DNA from: Anthoceros angustus
Lineage: Eukaryota; Plantae; Anthocerotophyta
Direction: 5' to 3'
DNA length: 64,000 nucleotides
NCBI GenBank assembly: GCA_010909165.1
Contig: VJWM01000151.1
Span: forward strand, 124,001 to 188,000
Shown piece by piece: positions 39,015 to 52,900 of the stretch (its first letter is position 1; every line of letters starts with the position of its first letter). A program made the position numbers and the translations under genes. Below the pieces are notes generated by a model, which was not told the DNA's origin, made no database searches, and worked only from the letters and a program-made list of their open reading frames with translations.

Positions 39015-40870
39015 TGTATTTACGACCAAACGACCCCCAACGCTGCAAATATCCATCATTGTTGTCCATTAACTAGTTTAGGTACTGGTGGAAATAAATG
39101 AAAGTAAAATCTTGCTTGGTAGGCCTCGTTGCATTGCGGCACAAATTAGCAATACTTTCATCATTCGCGGTACACTTGAAGATAACCTTGAGTTATTCAT
39201 GGAGTGAGCGTGCAACGCAAAAGTTTGGGTCCCTTTGTCATTTTGATCCGATTCGGTTCATTTTGGTTCAATCTTTATTCAAAGTGATCGGTGAGTAGTA
39301 ACGAGTGTTTCTTCTTGAGCCATCCAGAAAGTTAGGGACAAGGGTAGGAATTTGGAAGTTTCTCAAGCCTAGATAGATGAGCGGTAGGGTAGAATCTTGC
39401 CCCATAGACTATATGTGCAAAGGGAATTAGTGATTGATTTGGAACCCCTAGTTTAAGTAGCGATAAAATAGGAATGTATGTTTGGCTGGAGCAGTGCTTA
39501 AAGGGCGCTTGGAAGTTCTTGGGCACATAGTTGGAAGGAGCTAGGAGCTGCAAGGAGTGTGTCTGGGAAGTAGCAGGCTAATTGTAAGGCATGCAAGTTG
39601 GAAGAGGCGCGTTGTCGTGGGTGTGCAGAGGCAAGAGCTCAACTTTTGGAGCTAAGGTGTGGAGAAGCCAAGATAGAGTCGTCACGGAAGTTGGGATTTT
39701 GGGAGAAATTTGTGCCTTGTGAGCTAAGCGTGAGGCCATGAACTGGAGCTTGTGATTAGTGGAACTTAGGAGGTGATGACCTTGCAATGTGAGAAGTGGA
39801 GTCTTGGTTGTGGGCTCTGAAGGGTGTGAATTGTGAAGAAGGCAAGCCTTTGCCTTTTGCTCGCACAACCAAGCTGGCGGAATTGACATGATTACGAGGT
39901 GTGGTCTGCAAATGCTAGGAGGGGCCTAGGTCTTGTTTGGCAAGCACTTATGAGTGAGCTTTGGGGATCCGGCTGCAACATGGTGAAGGAATCGCGATGG
40001 GGATTCACTTGAGGAAGGCGAAATTTGTATTTGGGCTGCAAGCAAATGTGAAAGGGGCCATCGTGGTGGCCGCTCGAGAATTGGGCAGCGAGGTCAATCA
40101 AGGGAGATTTGGCGGAGGAGTTCACTAAGGAGAAATGTTGCTAAGGAGGTTGGTGAGGAGCTCGCTAGGAACGAGTACCATATATTCAAGGTGTGTGATG
40201 TGCTCGAGGGAGCTTGGGTGTGTTGGACATGAGCATGTAAGAACTCCGAATTGACATCCTTGGGGTAGGATGTTGTTCCCTACCCATGTTGAAGAGCATA
40301 GGGGCCATGCTCGGCTTGGAGGAACGTTCTCTTAGGGAGATGTGCCCTTAGGGAGATGTGGTCTCCCTATCCTTTGACACGCATCACAGCTCGATAAATT
40401 TCCATGTCCCTTTGCATAGTGGACCACCAAAAACTGCGGTCAAAATCTTCTTGCATCACTTGTGAATAATGTCCCCGCCTCCTTAGTATGTAGAGGGCCT
40501 CCGCCACCACGCAATTTGTTCGCCTCCAAACACCTTGAACTACTTTGTCTAGTCCTAGCTTATAGAGGATTCCTTTCCTCGACAATATGGTGCGCCTTAT
40601 GCACGAATCTGACTTTTCCTTCTCGTGATAATCCGGTTGGTATCCGGTCCCTAGTTGCCCCATCTCGATGTGCGCCACGTGTCCTCCTCGATGATCCCGA
40701 TCATCAAATCTCATCTTCTATATCGATAACGACATGTATATATAGCCCTCTGCGTGACATTCGAGAAATTGAACCCCCTCCGCCCCAATTCCAAGGAAGT
40801 TATCCTCCTTGGCTCATGAAATGCATGGCTCTATCTCATATCCTTTTCTACCATGGTCTCGACAAGGAAC

Positions 40871-43545
40871 TTTCTACGAAACCCCAAAGGCCAAGGACTT
40901 CCTACCGCTTGGATATTTATAGTCAAGTCCAAGGAACTTTGTTTCTCGGATGTCATAATAGACCCCTAATTCCCCTATATGTGTATCAAATGGGTTTTCT
41001 AACATATCCTACTCTCGCCTCCTTTCTACCGTTAACGGCTAAGTCTAGGACATCCCTGTTCTCTCAATTAACCAAGTCCTGGACCACCTACGGACGTCCT
41101 GAGCGACTTACCTACTATCTACCTTCCGTCTCGAAACTCGATTACGCTAGCTCGACGCCTACAAATCCCCTACTTCCTACAGATTGTAGTCATCCTCCTT
41201 CATCCATCTGCAAAAACTTCCTACCGTAACCTTTTTGCCCTTGGTCCCCAAATTGTCTCGTGTTTTGCCAAAAACTTAGTGACCAAACTTTTCCGTTCCA
41301 CAAACTTTTAAAAGCTTGTTTGAAAAGTTTGACAAAGTGCTTCTTTGTCCTCTTGATGAAACCGTAGAATCAAGTTATATCTTTTACGATTATGATGACC
41401 TTAAACAATTCCAATCACTTGGAGATACAAGTCACAAGAACTTGTTACGCAACTAATTTAAAAGAGAAGGCCAAAATTGCTCAAAATCATCTCACAAGAT
41501 CTCTTCTATCTGTCTGAGATATATGCGTTAGGTCATCTTGTAAAAGATGCAGACTTTGGTCAAGAGGATCATTGAAACAAATTTTTGCAATTGCAAGTAG
41601 ACTTTAAATTGATTCCTTTCACGACGAGAAATCGTCCTACAATTAAAAAGTAACTGCACTATATATTGGGAAGTCCTTCAAAATGTCGCTATATTTTCAA
41701 ACTAGATCCCTTGTGGAGCAACAAAATTAGTGCCATACTTCCAAAACATCTTGGAATTGAGTGTGGCGACTTCCTTGTTGACGAAGACATTCTTAGTACA
41801 AAAGACAATTATGAGGAATTTTTCTAAGTGATGAAGAAGAAGAAGAAGATTATGTAGAAGAAGAAGAAGATTATGTAGAAGAAGAAGAAGAAGAAGATTA
41901 TGTAGAAGAAGAAGAAGAAGAAGATTATGTAGAAGAAGAAGAAGAAGAAGATTATGTAGAAGAAGAAGAAGAAGAAGATTATGTAGAAGAAGAAGAAGAT
42001 TATGTAGAAAATGAGGAAGAGGAAGAGGAAAATGAGTATGAGCATAATAGTTCAATGACAAAGAAAGCAAATATGAGCAAGACATTCATCTTGATGTGGA
42101 AGACATGAAAAAATCGTCCAAGGTATGAAGAAATTGAATGTAGCAACTCCTTCACTAATGACGAAGATATTCTTGGTGAGGATGAAGATGATGATGAGGG
42201 AATATTTCTACGAAACCCCAAAGGCCAAGGACTTCCTACCCGCTTGGATATTTATAGTGAAGTCCAAGGAACTTTGTTTCTCGGATGTCATAATAGACCC
42301 CTAATTCCCCTATATATGTGTATCAAATGGGTTTTCTAACATATCCTACTCTCGCCTCCTTTCTACCGTTAACGGCTAAGTCTAGGACATCCCTGTTCTC
42401 TCAATTAACCAAGTCCCGGACCACCTACGGACGTCCTGAGCGACTTACCTACTATCTACCTGCGTCTCGAAACTCGATTACGCTGGCTCGGACGCCTACA
42501 AATCCCCTACTTCCTACGAATTGTAGTCATCCTCCTTCATCCATCTGCAAAAACTTCCCTACCGTAACCTTCCCTTGGTCCCCAAATTGTCTCGTGTTTT
42601 GCCAAAACTTAGTGACCAAACTTTTCCGTTCCACAAACTTTTAAAAGCTTGTTTGAAAAGTTTGACAAAGTGCTTCTTTGTCCTCTTGGTAAACCGTAGA
42701 ATCAAGTTATATCTTTTACGATTATGATGACCTTAAACAATTCCAATCACTTGGAGATACAAGTCACAAGAACTTGTTCGCAACTAATTTAAAAGAGAAG
42801 GCCAAAATTGCTCAAAATCATCTCACAAGATCTCTTCTATCCTATATATATGCGTTAGGTCATCTGTAAAAGATGCAGACTTTGGTCAAGAGGATCATTG
42901 AAACAAATTTTTGCAATTGCAAGTAGACTTTAAATTGATTCCTTTCACGACGAGAAATCGTCCTACAATTAAAAAGTAACTGCACTATATATTGGGAAGT
43001 CCTTCAAAATGTCGCTATATTTTCAAACTAGATCCCTTGTGGAGCAACAAAATTAGTGCCATACTTCCAAAACATCTTGGAATTGAGTGTGGCGACTTCC
43101 TTGTTGACGAAGACATTCTTAGTACAAAAGACAATTATGAGGAATTTTTCTAAGTGATGAAGAAGAAGAAGAAGATTATGTAGAAGAAGAAGAAGAAGAA
43201 GATTATGTAGAAGAAGAAGAAGAAGAAGATTATGTAGAAGAAGAAGAAGAAGAAGATTATGTAGAAGAAGAAGAAGAAGAAGATTATGTAGAAGAAGAAG
43301 AAGAAGATTATGTAGAAGAAGAAGAAGATTATGTAGAAAATGAGGAAGAGGAAGAGGAAAATGAGTATGAGCATAATAGTTCAACCGACAAAGAAAGCAA
43401 ATATGAGCAAGACATTCATCTTGATGTGGAAGACATGAAAAAATCGTCCAGGTCCAAGGTATGAAGAAATTGAATGTAGCAACTCCTTCACTAATGACGA
43501 AGATATTCTTGGTGAGGATGAAGATGATGATGAGGGAATATTTCT
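40871..43545. repeat. Internal tandem duplication (about 1334 bp x2) in unit 5, giving two (E)nDYV tracts
   Basis: Junction tttcta at 42205-42210 returns to 40871-40876. Confidence 0.92.
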
Positions 43546-46500
43546 AATCAAGAGGAAGAAGATTATGCAAAAATATTTTTGCTGAAGAGGGAATAACTAT
43601 AAGGAAAATGATGAAGAAAAGAATATAAAGAAGATGAAGAAGGAAACTACTACAAGGAAAATGAAGAAGAAATCGATTATAACGACAAGCATATTTTTAG
43701 TGAAGAACACGCGAATATGAGCAATACATTTTACTCAAGACGAATATGAGGAGGACATTTCTACTCAAGAGGTAAACCAATATGAGGAGGACATTTCTAC
43801 GCATCTTGGTCTAGGTACATTTTTATGAAGAAAAAATGAATATGAGAACGAAGAATTTCTCTTAGAAGAAGTAAACCAATATGAGGAGAACTTAGATATT
43901 TTTATAGAGCAAGAAAATGAATATGAGAAAGATATTTTTATTGAAGAGGAAAACAAATATGAAGAAGGCGTCCTTAAGACATTCACTCAAGACATTCTTA
44001 CTCCACAAGAAGATGAATATGAGGAACTATGGAATGCCATTTGCAACACGCCATATCTTTTTCACGTGAGGCGTAAGTGGCCGTGTGCTTCTCCATGCGG
44101 TCAAGCAAGGTCAATTAGGGCTCATCTCATCATGTACCTCGTCCGTGGTGATCAAGTCTCTGAAACTAAGTGTGACAACATGAAGTGCACCACTCTTCAT
44201 TTTGCTCGCTTTCAAATGTATGGCACATTGGTGAGGACTTTGATAAATTTTATCAAGTCTGCGCTCAAGCCTTTCACGGTCACATACATGGTGTGGGGCT
44301 TCCTAGCTCTTGGACTTCACTTTCTTTCCACAACATGTGTCCATTGCTCTCAGCGCCGCACGAGGCATCCTTAGGACGACAATGATAATAGGTGATCATG
44401 GTGACACCTCGATTGGTCCAGTGATCCTGTGGCACACCGTTTTCATCGTGAATCGAGCCACCAAAGCGTGCTCACATCCTCTAAAACCTACTTAGTCATG
44501 ATATTGCAGAGCCATAGATTTTAGATTCAGCTTAGTTGCTTCCGCTTACGGACCCTTGAGGTCCCTAGCTAGTGTTAGCCTTTGAAAGGTAGATGGGCTT
44601 ACCCCATCTCTTCTCCTTTAATAAAAGCCCTTTTATTTTCTTCTCCATGCGGCATGTATTATTTGTTAGTTGCAAATATATTTACTATATATATCAAATT
44701 TTATATTTTTGTATTTAACTATTTAAGTTATAAAAATATAAAATACAAAGTATCGATACTCACCTATAGGTGTGGGCCTTGTGTAAGCGTGTCGACAATT
44801 AGGTGCTATGTACCAAGGGAAGAAGCTTCATACATGATGCCCATGTCTATGGCCGGAAGGATGTGGTGGACATGTGGTGATTGTAGGATATGGTCGTGAG
44901 GAAAGGGTAAAGGGGCCTAGATCATCATGCAGCTAGGCAGCAGGCATCACTCCAATAGGACGTACATTCGTGACCTCTTTAGATCAAGCGTTTGCCGATG
45001 GTGCGATTAGCTTCATGTATAAATTTGCAAATTTAAAGGAGCTTGGCGAGGATCGCTTTGTTGGCAACTTTTGGTGCTAGATATGAGTGCGAAATGAGGG
45101 ACTTGCACGATGCAAGCTCATGCCATCCCGAGGTCGCTCCATTCGTGAGCTCCACTCATATAGAGCAAGCACCTCTGGCGGTGGCCAGCCCTTGTTGCCG
45201 ATGGGCATAGCTATGCCATATCACCACACTCTTTGTGTTCATGTGCACGTGGCGTGCCTCAAAGTTTGAGTTCACCACATTTTGCATACCCCTACCCATA
45301 CCCAAAGAATCAAGTCCATGTCATCATATCATTTGTGCCATGCTATGAGAAACCTAACTGCTGCATCGGTGGAAATGACACGTAAGAACCTAATTTGACG
45401 TGCATTTTTAGTTGTCCATATTTTACCGCCACTCCGACTATGTTCCTACCTTAGGCACTCAAACTTTGTTCACTTTGTTGAGGCACTTTAGTTTTCATCG
45501 TCGAAAAGGAAATAAAATAGTATTATATTATTTTTATTTCTACAATTATTCAGCTATGGAATTCGAGCTGTGAATCAATGTATGTAAAATTTAAAGTAAA
45601 AAAAAGGTAAAGATACATTCGTGAAAATGGACAAAAATAGAGAACGTGGAGACTTTATAAAATATGCAAGAGATAGGAAGTCCCCATCTACACCGGGTGA
45701 TGGAACAACTCTCTGGACCTCGGGCCAAAGGGACTAGCCCCGTTGTCAACCTCGATTTAAGGGGACAAATAAGCAATGAAAGATACAACAAGATATAATT
45801 TCTTTTCAGATTACATTGTCCGTGGACTAAAAAGATTTCTTTTCAAGAATCGCTATTTGATTTATCTATGTTGTAAGAATCGGTTTTGTATCTAAATTCT
45901 AGTATACTTATTTAGACTTTTTGTCAAGTAGATCATTTCTAGATGATGAACAAACATGAAAAATTTTGAACACCCCAAAATGGAAGTTGGTCCTTCTAGG
46001 CTTCATGTCCTCATGGGGTTGACAATTTCATCTTGAAACACAATTCTCCATCCATTGTAAATTATCTTGCGAGATAAGGTAATGTACACAACTCCTATCA
46101 TCTTTTCCGTCTTTTCGATTTCTTAACTGTACAAAAAAATGTAAATATATAAAGTCGCCAATTCCAAACACTTCCATTGACTAGGGGTGGAACAAACGTG
46201 CAAATAGGCCTTGTATTGCAAAGTCCTCGTGATTAAACTTTCCCACTTGAGCGCTTGTTGGTTACGCTTGTAGATGGCGATAGAAAACTTCTTACCCCTT
46301 CTTTTACCATCCATACCATAAAAGTGTCCATTGTGGGCAACAAATCCAATTTCCCGTACTTCACCATATGGATGTAAATTTAAAGGCTCAAGAGGTCCAC
46401 TCATAAAGGTTTGCGGACTTGTAATTATCTCATTATCAAATGACACCAGCTCAAATAATACATCATAATTGTCGTCTACAACATGTGCAATCAAAGTAAT

Positions 46501-48425
46501 ATTAACTCCGAATCTCGATAGCACAGCACTTACGATTCGTGAACATGTCACCTATGTTTCTTTTTTGGTTGAATTCTTGAACCGTCCATTGACCTATGGC
46601 TAAGGAATATACATATAAATGAAACATGTCACGTAAACCATCGTCCAGCTCATGCGCTCTAAATAATAAAAAATGATCACTTTCCTCCTCATCAACAACT
46701 AGCACCAGCTTCTCGAGTGGTGGAAGCCGCGGGTCCCAAATATCCGAATCTAAGTCTAAATGCGAATATGAATTTCATCCATATATAAGGTGTCGACATA
46801 CTAGTTCAACTTTGAAATCGTATCCCATATCACTTCTCGCCTAACCTTTGAAAAGATATTGATAACACAAATCCGCATCACCCAACTATTTGGATCCTTC
46901 GATGATTTTGTTTCCTTCATAATGTATTTACGACCCGCGACACTGACCCCCCAACGCTGAAAATATCCATCATTGTTGTCCATTAACTAGTTTAGGTACT
47001 CGGTGGAAATAAATGAAAGTAAAATCTTGCTTGGTAGGCCTCGTTGCATTGCGGCACACAAATTAGCAATACTTTCATCATTCGCGGTACATGAAGATAA
47101 CCTTGAGTTATTCATGGAGTGAGCGTGCAACAAAAGTTTGGGTCCCTTTGTCATTTTGATCCGATTCGGTTCATTTTGGTTCAATCTTTATTCAAAGTGA
47201 TCGTGAGTAATGTGAGTGTTTCTTCTTGAGCCATCCAGAAAGTTAGGGACAAGGGTAGGAATTTGGAAGTTTCTCAAGCCTAGATAGATGAGCGGGTAGG
47301 GTAGAATCTTGCCCCATAGACTATATGTGCAAAGGGAATTAGTGATTGATTTGGAACCCCTAGTTTAAGTAGCGATAAAATAGGAATGTATGTTTGGGGC
47401 GGTGCTTAAAGGCGGCTTGGAAGTTCTGGGCACATAGTTGGAAGGAGCTAGGAGCTGCAAGGAGTGTGTCTTTGGAAGTAGCAGGCTAATTGTAAGGCAT
47501 GCAAGTTGGAAGAGGCGCGGCGTTGTCGTGGGTGTGCAGGCAAGAGCTCAACTTTTGGAGCTAAGGTGTGGAGAAGCCAAGATAGAGTCTTTATCACGGA
47601 AGTTGGGATTTTGGGAGAAATTTGTGCCTTGTGAGCTAAGCGTGAGGCCATGAGCTGGAGCTTGTGATTAGTGGAACTTAGGAGGTGATGACCTTGCAAT
47701 GTGAGAAGTGGAGTCTTGGTTGTGGGCTCTGAAGGGTGTGAATTGTGAAGAAGGCAAGCCTTTGCCTTTTGCTCGCACAACCAAGCTGGAATTGACATGA
47801 TTACGAGGTGTGGTCTGCAAATGCTAGGAGGGGCCTAGGTCTTGTTTGGCAAGCAGTTATGAGTGAGCTTTGGGGATCCGGCTGCAACATGGTGAAGGAA
47901 TCGCGATGGGGATTCACTTGAGGAAGGCGAAATTTGTATTTGGGCTGCAAGCAAATGTGAAAGGGGCCATCGTGGTGGCCGCTCGAGAATTGGGCAGCGA
48001 GGTCAATCAAGGGAGATTTGGCGGAGGAGTTCACTAAGGAGAAATGTTGCTAAGGAGGTTGGTGAGGAGCTCGCTAGGAACGAGTACCATATATTCAAGG
48101 TGTGTGATGTGCTCGAGGGAGCTTGGGTGTGTTGGACATGAGCATGTAAGAACTCCGAATTGACATCCTTGGGGTAGGATGTTGTTCCCTACCCATGTTG
48201 AAGAGCATAGGGGCCATGCTCGGCTTGGAGGAACGTTCTCTTAGGGAGATGTGCCCTTAGGGAGATGTGGTCTCCTATCCTTTGACACGCATCACACTCG
48301 ATAAATTTCCATGTCCCTTTGCATAGTGGACCACCAAAAGCTGCATCAAAATCTTCTTGATCACTTGTGCGAATAATGTCCCCCTCCTTAGTATGTAGAG
48401 GGCCTCCGCCACCACTGCAATTTGT

Positions 48426-49945
48426 TCGCCTCCAAACACCTTGAACTACTTTGTCTAGTCCTAGCTTATAGAGGATTCCTTTCCTCGAGACAATATGGTC
48501 GCCTTATGCACGAATCTGACTTTTCCTTCTCGTGATAATCCGGTTGGTATCCGTCCCTAGTTGCGCCCCATCTCGATGTGCGCCACGTGTCCTCCTCGAT
48601 GATCCCGATCATCAAATCTCATCTTCTATATCTGATATAAGCGACATGTATATAGCCCTCTGCGTGACATTCGAGAAATTGAACCCCCTCCCCCCTCCCC
48701 GAATTCCAAGGAAGTTATCCTCCTTGGCTCATGAAATGCATGGCTCTATCTCATATCCTTTTTCTACCATGGTCTCGACAAGGAACTTTCTAAAACCCCA
48801 AAGGCCAAGGACTTCCTACGCTTGGATATTTATAGTGAAGTCAAGGAACTTTGTTTCTCGGATGTCATAATAGACCCCTAATTCCCCTATATATGCGTAT
48901 CAAATGGGTTTTCTAACATATCCTACTCTCGCCTCCAAACACCTTGAACTACTTTGTCTAGTCCTAGCTTATAGAGGATTCCTTTCCTCGACAATATGGT
49001 CGCCTTATGCACGAATCTGACTTTTCCTTCTCGTGATAATCCGGTTGGTATCCGGTCCCTAGTTGCGCCCCATCTCGATGTGCGCCACGTGTCCTCCTCG
49101 ATGATCCGATCATCAAATCTCATCTTCTATATCTGATATAAGCGACATGTATATATAGCCCTCTGCGTGACATTCGAGAAATTGAACCCCCTCCCCCCCT
49201 CCCCGAATTCCAAGGAAGTTATCCTCCTTGGCTCATGAAATGCATGGCTCTATCTCATATCCTTTTCTACCATGGTCTCGACAAGGAACTTTCTAAAACC
49301 CCAAAGGCCAAGGACTTCCTACGCTTGGATATTTATAGTGAAGTCAAGGAACTTTGTTTCTCGGATGTCATAATAGACCCCTAATTCCCCTATATATGCG
49401 TATCAAATGGGTTTTCTAACATATCCTACTCTCGCCTCCAAAACACCTTGAACTACTTTGTCTAGTCCTAGCTTATAGAGGATTCCTTTCCTCGACAATA
49501 TGGTCGCCTTATGCACGAATCTGACTTTTCCTTCTCGTGATAATCCGGTTGGTATCCGGTCCCTAGTTGCGCCCCATCTCGATGTGCGCCACGTGTCCTC
49601 CTCGATGATCCCGATCATCAAATCTCATCTTCTATATCTGATATAAGCGACATGTATATATAGCCCTCTGCGTGACATTCGAGAAATTGAACCCCCTCCC
49701 CCTCCCCGAATTCCAAGGAAGTTATCCTCCTTGGCTCATGAAATGCATGGCTCTATCTCATATCCTTTTCTACCATGGTCTCGACAAGGAACTTTCTACC
49801 GAAACCCCAAAGGCCAAGGACTTCCTACCCGCTTGGATATTTATAGTGAAGTCCAAGGAACTTTGTTTCTGGATGTCATAATAGACCCCTAATTCCCCTA
49901 TATATGTATCAAATGGGTTTTCTAACATATCCTACTCTCGCCTCC
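48426..49945. repeat. Internal triplication (about 503 bp x3) in unit 6
   Basis: Junction tcgcctcc at 48929 and 49432 returns to 48426. Confidence 0.93.
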
Positions 49946-52900
49946 TTTCTACCGTTAACGGCTAAGTCTAGGACATCCTGTGTTCTCTCAATTAACCAAG
50001 TCCGGACCACCTACGGACGTCCTCTGAGCGACTTACCTACTATCTACCTTCTGCGTCTCGAAACTCGATTACGCTGGCTCGGACGCCTACAAATCCCCTA
50101 CTTCCTACAGATTGTAGTCATCCTCCCTTCATCCATCGCAAAAACTTCCCTACGTAACCTTCGCCTTGGTCCCCAAATTGTCTCGTGTTTTGCCAAAAAC
50201 TTAGCTGACCAAACTTTTCCGTTCCACAAACTTTTAAAAGCTTGTTTGAAAAGTTTGACAAAGTCTTCTTTGTCCTCTTGATAAACCGTAGAATCAAGTT
50301 ATATCTTTTACGATTATGATGACCTTAAACAATTCCAATCACTTGGAGATACAAGTCACAAGAACTTGTTCGCAACTAATTTAAAAGAGAAGGCCAAAAT
50401 TGCTCAAAATCATCTCACAAGATCTCTTCTATCTGAGATATATGCGTTAGGTCATCTTTGTAAAAGATGCAGACTTTGGTCAAGAGGATCATTGAAACAA
50501 ATTTTTGCAATTGCAAGTAGACTTTAAATTGATTCCTTTCACGAGAAATCGTCCTACAATTAAAAAGTAACTGCACTATATATTGGGAAGTCCTTCAAAA
50601 TGTCGCTATATTTTCAAACTAGATCCCTTGTGGAGCAACAAAATTAGTGCCATACTTCCAAAACATCTTGGAATTGAGTGTGGCGACTTCCTTGTTGTTG
50701 ACGAAGACATTCTTAGTACAAAAGACAATTATGAGGAATTTTTCTAAGTGATGAAGAAGAAGATTATGTAGAAGAAGAAGAAGAAGAAGAAGAAGATTAT
50801 GTAGAAGAAGAAGAAGAAGATTATGTAGAAGAAGAAGAAGAAGAAGAAGAAGAAGAAGAAGAAGAAGAAGAAGAAGAAGAAGAAGAAGAAGAAGAAGATT
50901 ATGTAGAAGAAGAAGAAGAAGAAGATTATGTAGAAAATGAGGAAGAGGAAGAGGAAAATGAGTAGGAGCATAATAGTTCAACTGCCAAAGAAAGCAAATA
51001 TGAGCAAGACATTCATCTTGATGTGGAAGACATGAAAAAAATCGTCCAGGGTCCAAGGTATGAAGAAATTGAATGTAGCATCTCCTTCACTAATGACGAA
51101 GATATTCTTGGTGAGGATAAAGATGATGATGAGGGAATATTTCTAACTGAAGAGGAAGAAGATTATGCAAAAAATATTTTTGCTGAAGCGGGGAATAACT
51201 ATAAGGAAAATGATGAAGAAAAAGAATATAAAGAAGATGAAGAAGAAAACGACTACAAGGAAAATGAAGAAGAAATCGATTATAACGACAAGCATATTTT
51301 TAGTGAAGAACGCGACGAATATGAGCAATACATTTTTACTGAAGACGAATATGAGGAGGACATTTCTACTCAAGAGGTAAACCAATATGAGGAGGACATT
51401 TCTACGCATCTTGATCTAGGTACATTTTTATGAAGAAAAAATGAATATGAGAACGAAGAATTTCTCTTAGAAGAAGTAAACCAATATGAGGAGAACTTAG
51501 ATATTTTTATAGAGCAAGAAAATGAATATGAGAAAGATATTTTTATTGAAGAGGAAAACAAATATGAAGAAGACGTCCTTAAGACATTCACTCAAGACAT
51601 TCTTACTCCACAAGAAGATGAATATGAGGAACTATGGAATGCCATTTGCAACACGCCATATCTTTTTCACGTGAGGCGTAAGTGGTGTGCTTCTCCATGC
51701 GGTCAAGCAAGGTCAATTAGGGCTCATCTCATCATGTACCTCGTCCGTGGTGATCAAGTCTCTGAAACTAAGTGTGACAACATGAAGTGCACCACTCTTC
51801 ATTTTGCTCGCTTTCAAAATGTATGGCACATTGGTGAGGACTTTGATAAATTTTATCAAGTCTGCGCTCAAGCCTTTCACGGTCACATACATGGTGTGGG
51901 GCTTCCTAGCTCTTGGACTTCACTTTCTTTCCACAACATGTGTCCATTGCTCTCCAACATACGAGGCATCCTTAGGGCGACAATGATAATAGGTGATCAT
52001 GGTGACACCTCGATTGGTCCAGTGATCCTGTGGCACACCGTTTTCATCGTGAATCGAGCCACCAAAGCGTGCTCACATCCTCTAAAACCTACTTAGTCAT
52101 GATATTGCAGAGCCATAGATTTTAGATTCGAGCTTAGTTGCTTCCGCTTACGGACCCTTGAGGTCCCTAGCTAGTGTTAGCCTTTGAAAGGTAGATGGGC
52201 TTACCCCATCTCTTCTCCTTTAATAAAAGCCCTTTTATTTTCTTCTCCATGCGGCATGTATTATTTGTTACTTGCAAATATATTTACTATATATATCAAA
52301 TTTTATATTTTTGTATTTAACTATTTAAGTTATAAAAATATAAAATACAAAGTATCGATACTCACCTATAGGTGTGGGCCTTGTGTAGCGTGTCGACAAT
52401 TAGGTGCTATGTACCAAGGGAAGAAGCTTCATACATGATGCCCATGTCTATGGCGGAAGGATGTGGTGGACATGTGGTGATTGTAGGATATGGTCGCAGG
52501 AAAGGGTAAAGGGCCCTAGATCATCATGCAGCTAGGCAGCAGGCATCACTCCAATAGGACGTACATTCGTCGACGACCTCTTTAGATCAAGCGTTTGCCA
52601 TAGTGCGATTAGCTTCATGTATAAATTTGCAAATTTAAAGGAGCTTGGGCGAGGATCGCTTTGTTGGCAACTTTTGGTGCTAGATATGAGTGCGAAATGA
52701 GGGACTTGCGATGCAAGCTCATGCCATCCCGAGGTCGCTCCATTCGTGAGCTCCACTCATATAGAGCAAGCACCTCGCGCCTTGTTGCCGTGGGCATAGC
52801 CGGCTATGCCATATCACCACACTCTTTGTGTTCATGCTGCAAAAACGTGGCGTGCCTCAAAGTTTGAGTTCACCACATTTTGCATACCCCTACCCATACC

